A program made the position numbers and the translations under genes. Shown here piece by piece: positions 39,204 to 50,129 of a stretch of DNA of 64,000 nucleotides (the first letter of the stretch is position 1; every line of letters starts with the position of its first letter). Below the pieces are notes generated by a model that did no database searches, had not been told where the DNA came from, and worked only from the letters and a program-made list of their open reading frames with translations. The DNA comes from Octopus sinensis. Lineage: Eukaryota. The stretch lies in contig NC_043000.1 in NCBI RefSeq assembly GCF_006345805.1, forward strand, positions 129,146,001 through 129,210,000. Direction: 5' to 3'.

Positions 39204-42069
39204 CCATGCGTGCCTAAGTGAATAAGACCTGTCATTTTCTGTTGCGAAACTATTTTGCAGTTGAGGCTAAATTGCAGATATACTCAAATCGGTTTAATCC
39301 ATTAACCTCTTTCCCTACAAATTGTAAGGTCTTGTGCCTTTATAATGACTGAATGAATGTGTGTGTGTAAAATAATGTACAGAATGAACAATAAACAGTA
39401 CGTATAAAAAATTATATCGAAAAAAAACAAAGCAAAAACAAGTCAAGAAGTCTTTTATATTTAGTCATTTACTACTAACTACTATTAGTGCTGCTACTCG
39501 TTAAAAGGCCAAAATTTAATGGGCCTATAACTCTTCCAGAGAAATTAAATTTGTCATCATGACACCTCATTTATCGCCCTTGCACTGTATGTACGTATGA
39601 GTGTTGAAAAGAAATTTCTTGATTACGGAAAGTTCACTTTTGTTTCTATATTTCTTATTGAAAGATATTGCCTTTGTTTCAATAATTTTGATAAGAATGA
39701 AGAATTTAGTAAAATAACTTTTTTCATTATTAAACTAGTTTTTAAAAAAAACAACAACATTTGCTTGAAATTTTGATTGGTTCTAATTTCGATCGCTATA
39801 AGGAAGTTTGTATTACAGAACCAGCAGCAGACTCTGCCTGGCTGATATCAAAAGTTAGATACTTTATTAAATTATCTATTTAGTGTAAGTTCCTAAAAAG
39901 AGATTATCTGAATCAGCAGTTTCAAAACTGACAACTATCAGCCTCCACCCTACGGAAAAAAAAAAAAGCATTAGTGAAATATTTATTTGGCACCTAGTGT
40001 TGGACAAGTTTTAAAATACAGGAAACCATCGCAATTTTATTAAACATGGAAATCTGGCTGCCACATAATCAATTCCAATAATCTGTTCCCCTTACCCACG
40101 AGAGAAACTAATCTAAATTACCTGATACCAATATATACTTATATAAAAAAAATTTTATTTTAAAATCCAACCAGTGAAAGCAGGTAGCCGAGTTGTTAGA
40201 GTGTTGCACTCAGGATTCTAAGGTCATGGTTTCAATTCTTAGACTAAGCAAAAACATTTCATTTCACGTTGCTCCAGTCAGTTCAGCTGTAATTGGGTTC
40301 CAGCAATAGCTGGGAAATTGACCCTGCAATGGAGTTGCATCCCAGGCAGAGAGGAGTGTTGTAATCTCAGTCATATGCCATAGGACCCATATGAAAGAAA
40401 AAAAATCTTTACACAGAGTAGGCCAAAAGTCATGAAAAGGACAGAATTTTTTCTTTCATAATTACGTTTAAGGCAAATCAACTTTACATGGGCAATTCTT
40501 CAACAAAATTAAACAAGTGAAGAGATATATGAACAGAGCACCACAAGGAATGCAAACAGTTGTGAAATATACAGGTGTTGCAGTGCCTAACAACACTTTC
40601 ATACAGTGAAAGAAGAAATGACAATAAGCAAATATTTATGCTGTTCATGTCATATCTGAAATCTTAAAGAAGAAACTAAATATTTGCTGTCTGTTTATAT
40701 GAGTGGGCCACCCCATCTTGTCCCTGTTTATGGAATAGCAGTGTAGACTATGGAGAACTAGATGTTTTGGCCAAGGTCATATGTGCAACAGCAATAACAA
40801 TATGAATCCTTAATCATGAGGTTAGTTGTTTGGTATTCTATCAACTCAGCCATTTATGACTCATAATAAATACAAAAGGTTGATGTTTACAGTTTGAAGC
40901 TTTGCCATTAAATTAATACAAGATCATGCTAGAAAAGTGAACTAAATAAGGAGACAGATGCTCTGAAGTTAAGGTGCCAGTCTATAATAAATCAGAAGTT
41001 TATGGAGGTCAGCTTTGTCTTTGCAATATATGTCAGGTAATGAAGTGCCAGTCAGTGACTAAGGTGAATGTAATTTACTAAGCCTCTTTCCTCAAACACT
41101 GTGGACCTTATGCCTTTCATCCTTTACACCAGATTTTTCCACTTTTAGAATTCTAAGCAAATACCTAGAACTGCAGTCTGTGCGTATCACTTAGGTTGAC
41201 GAGAGAGGGATGATCTCCCTTTGCAAATACCATAAGAGCACAGAAAGTGTGCCTAAAGCCAGCTGGAGACGATGATCTCCTGGGTCTACAAGCTACAGTA
41301 ACACCCACCCTTAGTGGTTAGCCATATTGAGATGGCTAGTATACCTAGAATTCATTTTGCAAATTCTTTATGGAGTTAGACTGAGCAGAGCTATGGTTAA
41401 AAGCACTCTAGCCATGACAAGCCTGATTTTTTTTTCAAATGTACCTAGCACTACATTGTTTGAAGACAGTGGTGTATTACAAGACTTGACTGTTATTTCT
41501 AGCAGGCTGGGTCACCACACAGAGGCTCCCATGTCAGTTCGTGATAGACGTTGAATGCATGGTGTTCTGTAATTTCTCATGAAAACTTGTTACAGGCAAG
41601 AAAACACAGAATTAGTGAGATTATAAGAATGCAAATAAAAAGTACATGAATTTAAAATTTTCCTCTAATGTTTATTTATATCTATTCTTGAAAAAACTTT
41701 TTGCAACAAAAGGCATATAAGTTTTATGAATTTTTCCGGCTTTCATTTTCTTTTTTATTTCAAACCAGGGCAATCATTCGTTATTGGTCTAAGATCTGTC
41801 AATGTTTACAGTTATTTGTTCGTTAGTTTCAGTGAAATTTTATTTTATTTATTTACTTTTGGGTAGCCGAACAAAATTTTAAAAAATGTTAAACTGACAA
41901 GGACTGGCAAAGTAGGGTCTCCCGATAATTCCTTCTAACTTTTGGCGCAAAGCCAGCAATTTTGAAGGAAAGGGCGAAAGGCAAAGCCGGAGCCGGAAGA
42001 AATGCCACTAAGCATTTTATCTGGTGTGCTAACAATGGTAAAAATTTACCGTGAAAGATAAATTGAGTT

Positions 42070-42545
42070 GGTAAAAATTTACCTTAAAATGCATATTTTT
42101 CTGACGGAGGTAAAGAATATGCGGCACTACATAAATACAGAGGTCCTAATGAATCTACATAACCATACCTTTTTAACAGTGCACACTCGTTAGGGTGTTA
42201 GGGTTAGTTTAGGTAAATTTCGATACTTTCACACAATTTTCACAAAGAAAAAAAAAACTCGGATATTTTTGCGTGGAATCAAGTAAGGGGTTTACGGCAT
42301 ATTAAGTGATCAGAGTACTTCATTCCATCCAAAAAAGCCGATATATACTTTTTTTTTAATTGTGAAAATCGTGCGGATGAAAGTATCAAAGTTTACCTTA
42401 GTTGTTTGGGCTACGAGGTGTCGGGACCTCTGTATTTAAGTGGTACTGTTACAGGACTTCTGTATTTAAGCAGTACCGATTGTGCACACCACCCGTTTTC
42501 GGTGTAACCCTAACCACCGGGTGTGCGTATTCTTTACCTTCGCCT
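42070..42545. mobile_element. Foldback element: two diverged arms of one repeat in inverted orientation
   Basis: GGTAAAGAATA(T/C)GC, AAATACAGAGGTCC, GATACTTTCA and GGAAT(C/G)AAGTA occur on both strands and converge near 42290. Confidence 0.7.
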
Positions 42546-42644
42546 ATTTTTCTATGAAATTCCAAGAATATAGATTGTAAGGAGGCTGACAAATTGTAGC
42601 GCGCTCGTGTGTATGTGTGTGTGTGTGTGTGTGTATGTATGCAT

Positions 42645-43235
42645 GCGTAGGAGTGGCTGTGTGGTAAGTAGCTTGCTTACCAACCACATAGTTCCGGGTT
42701 CAGTCCCACTGCGTGGCACCTTGGGCAAGTGTCTTTTACTATAGCCTCAGGCCGACCAAAGCCTTGTGAGTGGATTTGGTAGACAGAAACTGAAAGAAGA
42801 CCGTCGTATATATGTATATATACATGTATGTGTGCGTGTGTGTATGTTTTTCCTCCCAACCGATGCTGGTGTGTTTACGTTCGGCAAAAGAGACCGATAG
42901 AATAAGTCCTGGGGTCGATTTGGGTAAAATTACAGATTAACACCCGCACGATTTTTACTAAGAAAAAAAAACAAAAACTCGGATTTTTTGCGTGGAATCA
43001 AGTACCCTGACCTCCTAATATGCTGCAAATCCCATATTTTGGTTCGGAAGGGTGGGGTGGGGGCTTGATTTTTTTTGTGTGAAAATTCCGGGGGGGGGGG
43101 TTACCCGTCCCCCCTCCGGACCAATTCCGAACCAAAATATGGGATTTGCAGCATATTAGGAGGTCAGGGTACTTGTTCGACTATAGGCGGTCCTCCAGCA
43201 TGGCCACAGTAAAATGACTGAAACAAGTAAAAGAG
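42645..43235 (+). mobile_element. SINE family A interrupted by an inverted-repeat element (42923-43175)
   Basis: SINE sequence GGGGTCGATTTG|TTCGACT is split by the insert. Confidence 0.85.
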
Positions 43236-43644
43236 TATATATATATACAGAGAGAGAGGGGGGAGTTTCGAATCGTTCTTCCTTTGTTAATACAAATTTA
43301 CCTAACTTTAGTATGGTTTTCTTCTTTTTTCAGGTTTATGTGTGAAGCATCAACGCTCTAAGAAAATGCACTTTCAAGATATTTTTGAGGATACAAAGTC
43401 GGGAGGGGCAAGGAATGATTCAAAATTATTTTTTTTAAAAATTGTCTTCTAAATGTTATCATTATATCACAATCTACTCTCGAAATTTTTCAGAAAGTTA
43501 TGAGGGAAGAAAGAGCAGAGATGGACAACAATCTATAGTTATGCCTCTGTACCAGACACCAGTTTCTACAAAACACAAACACGCATCCACATACAAAAAT
43601 ACATTCTTTCATACACACGTTTTTAAATATATATATATATATGT

Positions 43645-44047
43645 ACTCTTTACTCTTTTACTTGTTTCAGTCATTTGACTGTGGCCATGCTGGAGCACCG
43701 CCTTTAGTCGAGCAAATCGACCCCAGGACTTATTCTTTGTAAGCCTAGTACTTATTCTATCGGTCTCTTTTGCCGAACCGCTAAGTGACGGGGACGTAAA
43801 CACACCAGCATCGGTTGTCAAGCGATGTTGGGGGGACAAACAGACACACAAACATATACATACACATATATATATACATATATACGACGGGCTTCTTTCA
43901 GTTTCCGTCTACCAAATCCACTCACAAGGCTTTGGTCGGCCCGAGGCTATAGTGGAAGACACTTGCCCAAGGTGCCACGCAGTGGGACTGAACCCGGAAC
44001 CATGTGGTTGGTAAACGAGCTACTTACCACACAGCCACTCTTACGCC
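43645..44047 (-). mobile_element. SINE family A
   Basis: Full match on the minus strand. Confidence 0.92.
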
Positions 44048-44729
44048 TATATATAATTATTTGAGGGAATACCAAATATGTACGTTTTTATTATTATTTT
44101 GCAATTTACTTAATCATTGGTATATTATTATTTTATTTTTAATATTTCTATTATATGTAATTTTCTAGATGGTGTAATTTAATTGTTCATTTTGAATTGA
44201 TAAAAGGTCTTTTTTTCTAATTTATATATATATATATTATATTCGTGTTTTTCTTTCAATTTTTCCTGTTTACATCATCAAACCCATATATTTCCAATTT
44301 AATATTTATACCATGGCTGATATAGTGGGTTAAAAATAAAATAACTACTATTACTTATTGGGTTTTTTTCTTCACACAATTGATTTCTTAGACACAAAAC
44401 CAGTTTCTGTGTCGTATACTGGTATGTGCATACTTGAATAAGTCAGCTCTAGTAGTGGTATCTATTTATTTGAATGAATAACAGAAGGATGAAAGGTAAA
44501 GTGTATTCTGACAGAATTTTAACTAAAGTTGAGGGATAAGTGATATAATACAGCGCTCTAATCTTTCTTTTGAATCATCTTCTACAAGGAGCGATATTCT
44601 AAATATAAAGGTAAACTTTTAATTGAGTGAATATATTATTTTAAATAAAGGATATTTGTGAACCCATAGGGCGATGAAAAGAGAAAATCTGTCAGTGATT
44701 AAACAGTTTTAGAAGTTTTTCTGTCTTAC

Positions 44730-44825
44730 CTCAAGGTTTTCAAACCTCAGCACCACACAGGGGCAATGTGCATACAAGGAATCAAATCTTAGTTGACAGA
44801 GAATTTCGCTCCCATCATTGGCACT
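44730..44825 (-). CDS. Candidate coding exon A of an unidentified minus-strand gene (SANDGSEILCQLRFDSLYAHCPCVVLRFENLE), phase 0 to 0
   Basis: 96-nt open frame between acceptor ttgttggcaacag and strong donor GAG|gtaaga; non-repetitive sequence. Confidence 0.4.
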
Positions 44826-44893
44826 CTGTTGCCAACAATAACACTAACACAGAGGATGAATATGCATATATATATAAATATATGTATGTTTGA

Positions 44894-44919
<26 letters not shown>

Positions 44920-44930
<11 letters not shown>

Positions 44931-45370
44931 AGAAACAGAGGGAGGTAAGGAAGATAGGTGATAGAGAAGAGGATGTAGGCAATAGATGGAGAGTAGGGAG
45001 AGGAGAGTGAGGGAGAAAGTGGGAGAGGGATGGTGAAGAGAGAACCAGGGGAGAAGAGAGAGAAGGTGAAAGGAGAAGATAGGAGACAGGGATAGAGAAA
45101 GAAGAAGAGGGGAGGAAGACTTCCCCTTTTCTCGAAGGAAGAGAGAGAATGGGAGGAAGATAAGCGAGCCGAAAGAAGGAGAGGTGTGGGGTGAAGTAAA
45201 AGGAAAGAGGAAGGAGAGGGAAGGGAAAAAATAGCGAAGGAGAGAGGAGGGAAATAGAGAAAAGTGAGAGGAAAAGTGTGAGATCGAAAGAGTTAAAAGA
45301 AAGGGAGATAGACGTGAGAGAGAGAGAGCGACATGGAAAACAAACGAAAAGAGAGAGAGAGAGAGAGATT
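44920..45370. repeat. Purine-rich (GA) low-complexity tract
   Basis: Almost all A/G on the plus strand; explains ORF 44844-45383. Confidence 0.85.
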
Positions 45371-46261
45371 TAAAGCCAGTCAATAACGTTATATTGGACG
45401 AAGCAAGAGGGAGAAACGGTGGAAAGGATTAAGTTTGAGAGAAGCTAAGTCAAACAGTAAGATTTAAGATTCAATTTGAGCAAAAGTTAAGTCAACAACA
45501 AGGTTAATATTTAATTTGAGCGTAGTTAAAGTCAATATAAGGTGAGCTAACAAACTGAATTTACAGACACGGCAAAAGAATCAGAGCAAACATTCAAAGC
45601 AGAAAGTTATGAAGAAATATGAGAAAATCTATAGTGAAACTGACTTAATTCAACAACGCTTATGAAGTAACGAAAGAGAGATAGATGGAGAGAGACAGGA
45701 AAAGACCAATAGAAATAGCTTTAAATTAGAATTTTCTTTTTTCAATATGATGTAACCAGACTGTTGTTGGTGTTATTGTTAATCCTCAGACCAGCCTTGC
45801 TCGAAGAGATCTGTGATTAAGGACGCCCCCACCATAACTATCAGTTTTTATTTATTAAAACAGTAGGGAGATTTGGCTGTTATTTCTAGTGAGTCTAAAG
45901 GCAACGTAGCGGCTTCTCTCGTGTGTTCTCTCATTCAAGTTAACTTTCCCTTTCATCTCACAGCAAATCGATAAAATAAAGTAGCACTCAAATACCGCAA
46001 TCAATGATAGCTGGTAGGATCGTAATAGCCATTTAGGAAAATGCTTTGTGGTATACGCTCTGGCTCTTTATGTTCTGAGTTTAAATCCTGCTCGGATCAA
46101 TTTTGTCTTTCAACCTTTCGAGGCGATGAAATACAGTACCAGTACCCTCAAAACTGCTGGCCTTGTGCCTAAACCAGTGGTTTTCAATCGGGGTCCTTAT
46201 AAGATTTTCTTAAAATTTATGCGCAAAAAATTAGTTTTACTCTACAATACACAAAATATTT

Positions 46262-47076
46262 GGATCTTTTCATTTTGAACGGCAGTTTTTAATATATCTA
46301 GGTAACTAAAAAATTTGAAACTTCGTATACTGGTAGAATGTGTGTATGAAACATCTTTTTCTCTTGGCTTTATTGAGAAAATTCTATAGTTTGTATGATA
46401 TTTGTTGTTTTTTTCTTCAATTTCTGCAATTTCAATCAATCACTGACATCTATTGAGGTGAAAACATTCTACGCCGTATGAATATGTCTCTCGTTTAAGA
46501 AACAGATGGGGTTAATTTACATTTCTGAAGAAAAAAAAAGATAGGCGCAGGAGTGGCTGTGTGGTAAGTAGCTTACTAACCAACCACATGGTTCTGGGTT
46601 CAGTCCCACTGCGTGGCATCTTGGGCAAGTGTCTTCTGCTATAGCCCCGGGCCGACCAATGCCTTGTGAGTGGATTTGGTAGACGGAAACTGAAAGAAGC
46701 CTGTCGTATATATGTATATATATATATGTGTGTTTGTGTGTCTGTGTTTGTCCCCCTAGCATCGCTTGACAACCGATGCTGGTGTGTTTACGTCCCCGTC
46801 ACTTAGCGGTTCGGCAAAAAAGAGACCGATAGAATAAGTATTGGGCTTACAAAGAATAAGTCCCGGGGTCGAGTTGCTCGATTAAAGGCGGTGCTCCAGC
46901 ATGGCCGCAGTCAAATGACTGAAACAAGTAAAAGAGAAAGAGATACCCTTCCCCCCACTCCCACCCCTAACCTTAAAATAGATTGAAATGCAATAGATCG
47001 ATACTAGGGTCATGATTATGGGTGACAATTTCATATGACACCGCTAGAAAAAACTGCCGTTCAAACCGTAAGATCC
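46262..47076 (+). mobile_element. GGATC-terminal MITE, copy 2, hosting a SINE
   Basis: Homologous to 38787-39203; 8-bp TSD AAATATTT. Confidence 0.9.
46544..46940 (+). mobile_element. SINE family A inserted in the MITE
   Basis: Splits the MITE motif AAAGATA|CCCTTCC with AGATA duplicated. Confidence 0.92.
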
Positions 47077-47287
47077 AAATATTTTAACAATTTTCTATAG
47101 AATTCATAATATTTAATTATAAAAATATTGTAGGATTTTTTTTAAAAACATCGAATAGCTATGGGGGTCCAATAGAGTAAAATAGGAATCAGAGGGATTC
47201 ATTAGCAAAAAAAAAAATGGTTGAAAACTACTGACTTAAACCAAAAACCACTATAGGACAAATTCTTGGGAAAATAAGTTCTAAATA

Positions 47288-47676
47288 GGCGCAGGAGTGG
47301 CTGTGTGGTAAGTAGCTTGTTTACCAACCACATGGTTCCGAGATCAGTCCCACTGCGTGGCACCTTGGGCAAATGTCTTCTACTATAGCCTCGGGCTGAC
47401 CAAAGCCTTGTGAGTGGATTTGGTAGACGGAAACTGAAAGAAGCCCGTCGTATATATATATGTGTGTTTGTGTGTCTGTGTTTGTCCCCCCCAACATCGC
47501 TTGACAACCGATGCTGGTGTGTTTACGTCCCCGTCACTTAGCGGTTCGGCAAAAGTGACCGATAGAATAAGTACTGGGCTTACAAAGAATAAGTCCGGGG
47601 TCGATTTGCTCAACTAAAGGCGGTGCTCCAGCATGGCCGCAGTCAAATGACTGAAACAAGTAAAAGAGTAAAGAGT
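47288..47676 (+). mobile_element. SINE family A
   Basis: Full match. Confidence 0.92.
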
Positions 47677-48084
47677 ATACTAATACATGAAATATAGTCA
47701 GTAAAAAAAAAAAACAAAAAAAAACATTTACTAATTAAGTCACTGCCAGAATTAGCAAACGAAAACGCTCCAGAAATATGTAAATGCTGAAAAATGAATC
47801 GGAGATAACTCCCCATAAGATACGTATATTTTGGACAAAATGGCCAAAGCAAATTGGAGTCGAACTGGTCTTTACAGGCAACTAGCAGGAATATTATTAG
47901 ATCTCCCCGAATGGCACTGATTATGAATATCATTATTATAGCTGAAGGACAATACCTCAAGGAACGTTTAACGTACCGTATCTACACAGTAGTATATTGC
48001 ATTTGTAATAGGGTGGGTTGTCAAAAAATTCAATCACTTGAAATTATCCAAGCAATTAGTGGGAAAATCTCCCTTGAGAGGCAC

Positions 48085-48138
<54 letters not shown>

Positions 48139-48184
48139 ACGTATGTATGTATGTATGTTTGTTTGTATGTATGTATGTATGTAT

Positions 48185-49087
48185 GTGTGATCTGATCAAT
48201 AAGTATCCGGACTGTTGCCATTTTAATGAAGCTAAAGAACGCAGAGTGAAGCCACTTGGTATAGACTGATCTTGAATTCTGCTGGGCATGCGCAATAAGT
48301 TTTAACGTTCTAGCTGACTTCCGCTGTTTACAGCAGTACTTGGAAGGAAAGTGTGTAGCATGTGATCATTGCATTGACCAGGACAGAGAATCTGCATCAA
48401 ATTTTGCCAAAAGCTTGGCGATACCTGCTCAGAGGCCTACGCAAAATTTTCAAAAAGTTTTCATTCTTCTCTACACCATCAAGGAAATCTTGTGCAACTG
48501 AAACAAGAGTGTCTCTTTGGTCAGCTGGAAACAGTTTTGGCACAAACTTGGCAGACACGCGTCTTATACCGAAATCTTCAGTGATAATAGACTGAACTGA
48601 ACTGTAGCTAATCTGCACATCCTCAGATAACTCACGGATGGTGATTCGACGATTTCCTCTCACAGCTGCACGCACATCAGCGATGTTTTCCTGGTTGCGG
48701 GTCTCCCAGAACGTTCGCCAATATCGACATTTTTCGGCCATCGATTTACTCCTTCCGTCTTAACCACTCGTACAGGAAACGTCTGAACTACAGGTACACT
48801 TGTGTGCGGATCATACACGCCTCTCCATACACTTTCTACAAATTTGCGTAGGCCTCTGAGCAAGAATCGCTGTGATAACTTTCTCTGTCATGGTGAATGC
48901 AATGATCACACGCTACACACATTCTCTCCAAGCACTGCTGTAAACAGCGGAAGTGTTCTTGAACGTTAAAACTTAGTGCGCATGCACAGCAACGTTCAAG
49001 GTCAATTTTTGCCAAGTGACTCATTACTCTGCGTGTTTTAACTTCCTTACTATGACAACAGTCAGGATACTTATTGACCAGACGTCG
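48185..49087. mobile_element. Mariner derivative made of two inverted 5' ends
   Basis: TIR-like TCTG(A/G)TCAATAAGTATCC at both ends; plus arm encodes ICIKFCQKLGDTCSEAYAK; minus arm encodes NRRITIRELSEDVQISYSSVQSIITEDFGIRRVSAKFVPKL. Confidence 0.88.
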
Positions 49088-49089
49088 TA

Positions 49090-49240
49090 TATATACATAC
49101 ACACAACACACAGACACACACACATATATATACATACGTATACATACATACATATATATATATACATACACAGCCACACATATATACATATATATATACA
49201 TATATGTACATATAATATATATACATATATATACACACAT

Positions 49241-49274
<34 letters not shown>

Positions 49275-49296
49275 ATACACATATATATATATACAC

Positions 49297-49354
<58 letters not shown>

Positions 49355-49373
49355 CATACATATACATATATAT

Positions 49374-49407
<34 letters not shown>

Positions 49408-49408
49408 C
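49090..49408. repeat. (TA)n/(CA)n compound microsatellite
   Basis: Direct inspection. Confidence 0.95.
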
Positions 49409-49917
49409 TTACTTGGAAGAGGATGCGTGGCGTTCAATCATAATATAAATAATATATAAATATGCATATATACATACGTATATGCACATACTTACATCTA
49501 TACGTATATATGTGTGCATATGTGGGCAAAGGACGTCATGAAATGTATACAACAAAAAAACACGAATTTTATTTAATTTGCTTTGCGGGAGCAACTGTTT
49601 TATCGAAAGCGTATATTGTTGTTAAATGCTTGAAATACGAGACTAGAAAAACAGCTAACAACTGATGAAGGGTCGTTCTTTATGTTATTTGTTTTGTTTT
49701 TGATTTGTGTCTTTCGTTGTTCGAAAGAATAGTTCATGTTCCAAGTATTCGTGCTTCGTACATTTTTGTAATACACGTTCCATGACGTCCTGTGCTCACA
49801 TATGCATACATATATACGTATAGATGTAAGTATGTGCATATACGTATGTATATATGCATATTTATATATTATTTATATTATAATATGATTGAACGCCACG
49901 CATCCTCTTCCAAGTAA
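49409..49917. mobile_element. 509-bp palindromic element with near-perfect TIRs of about 135 bp
   Basis: TTACTTGGAAGAGGATGCGTGGCGTTCAATCAT... at 49409 and its reverse complement ending at 49917; partial copies at 57612-57644 and 58015-58407. Confidence 0.9.
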
Positions 49918-50129
49918 ATTCTGAGTTCGAATTCCGCCGAGGTCGATTTCGTCATTCATCTGCAACGGCCGTGCGATGTGAGGTGATGGGAATGGCTATT
50001 TAGTACCACATCACACGAACGTTACAGTAAAAAGGATTTAGAAAAGTACAAATGAATGCCAGATGGAAAAGAGACACAACCGCGTAGAATGATAAGAGAA
50101 CATTCATTGATATGTTAATGTGTGTATAC

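Larger units (their letters stand above)
46175..47233. mobile_element. hAT-like MITE hosting a GGATC-MITE
   Basis: TIR CAGTGGTTTTCAA / TTGAAAACTACTG; 8-bp TSD gcctaaac/acttaaac; homologous to 4764-5366. Confidence 0.75.

Noticed and set aside
48836-49459. ORFs of 90-181 aa
   Set aside because: Microsatellite plus mariner leader; no coding signal.
49590-49730. Hammerhead-like CTGATGA and GAAA words in the palindromic element
   Set aside because: A stem I can be drawn (ttgttg/taacaa) but stems II and III do not pair convincingly.
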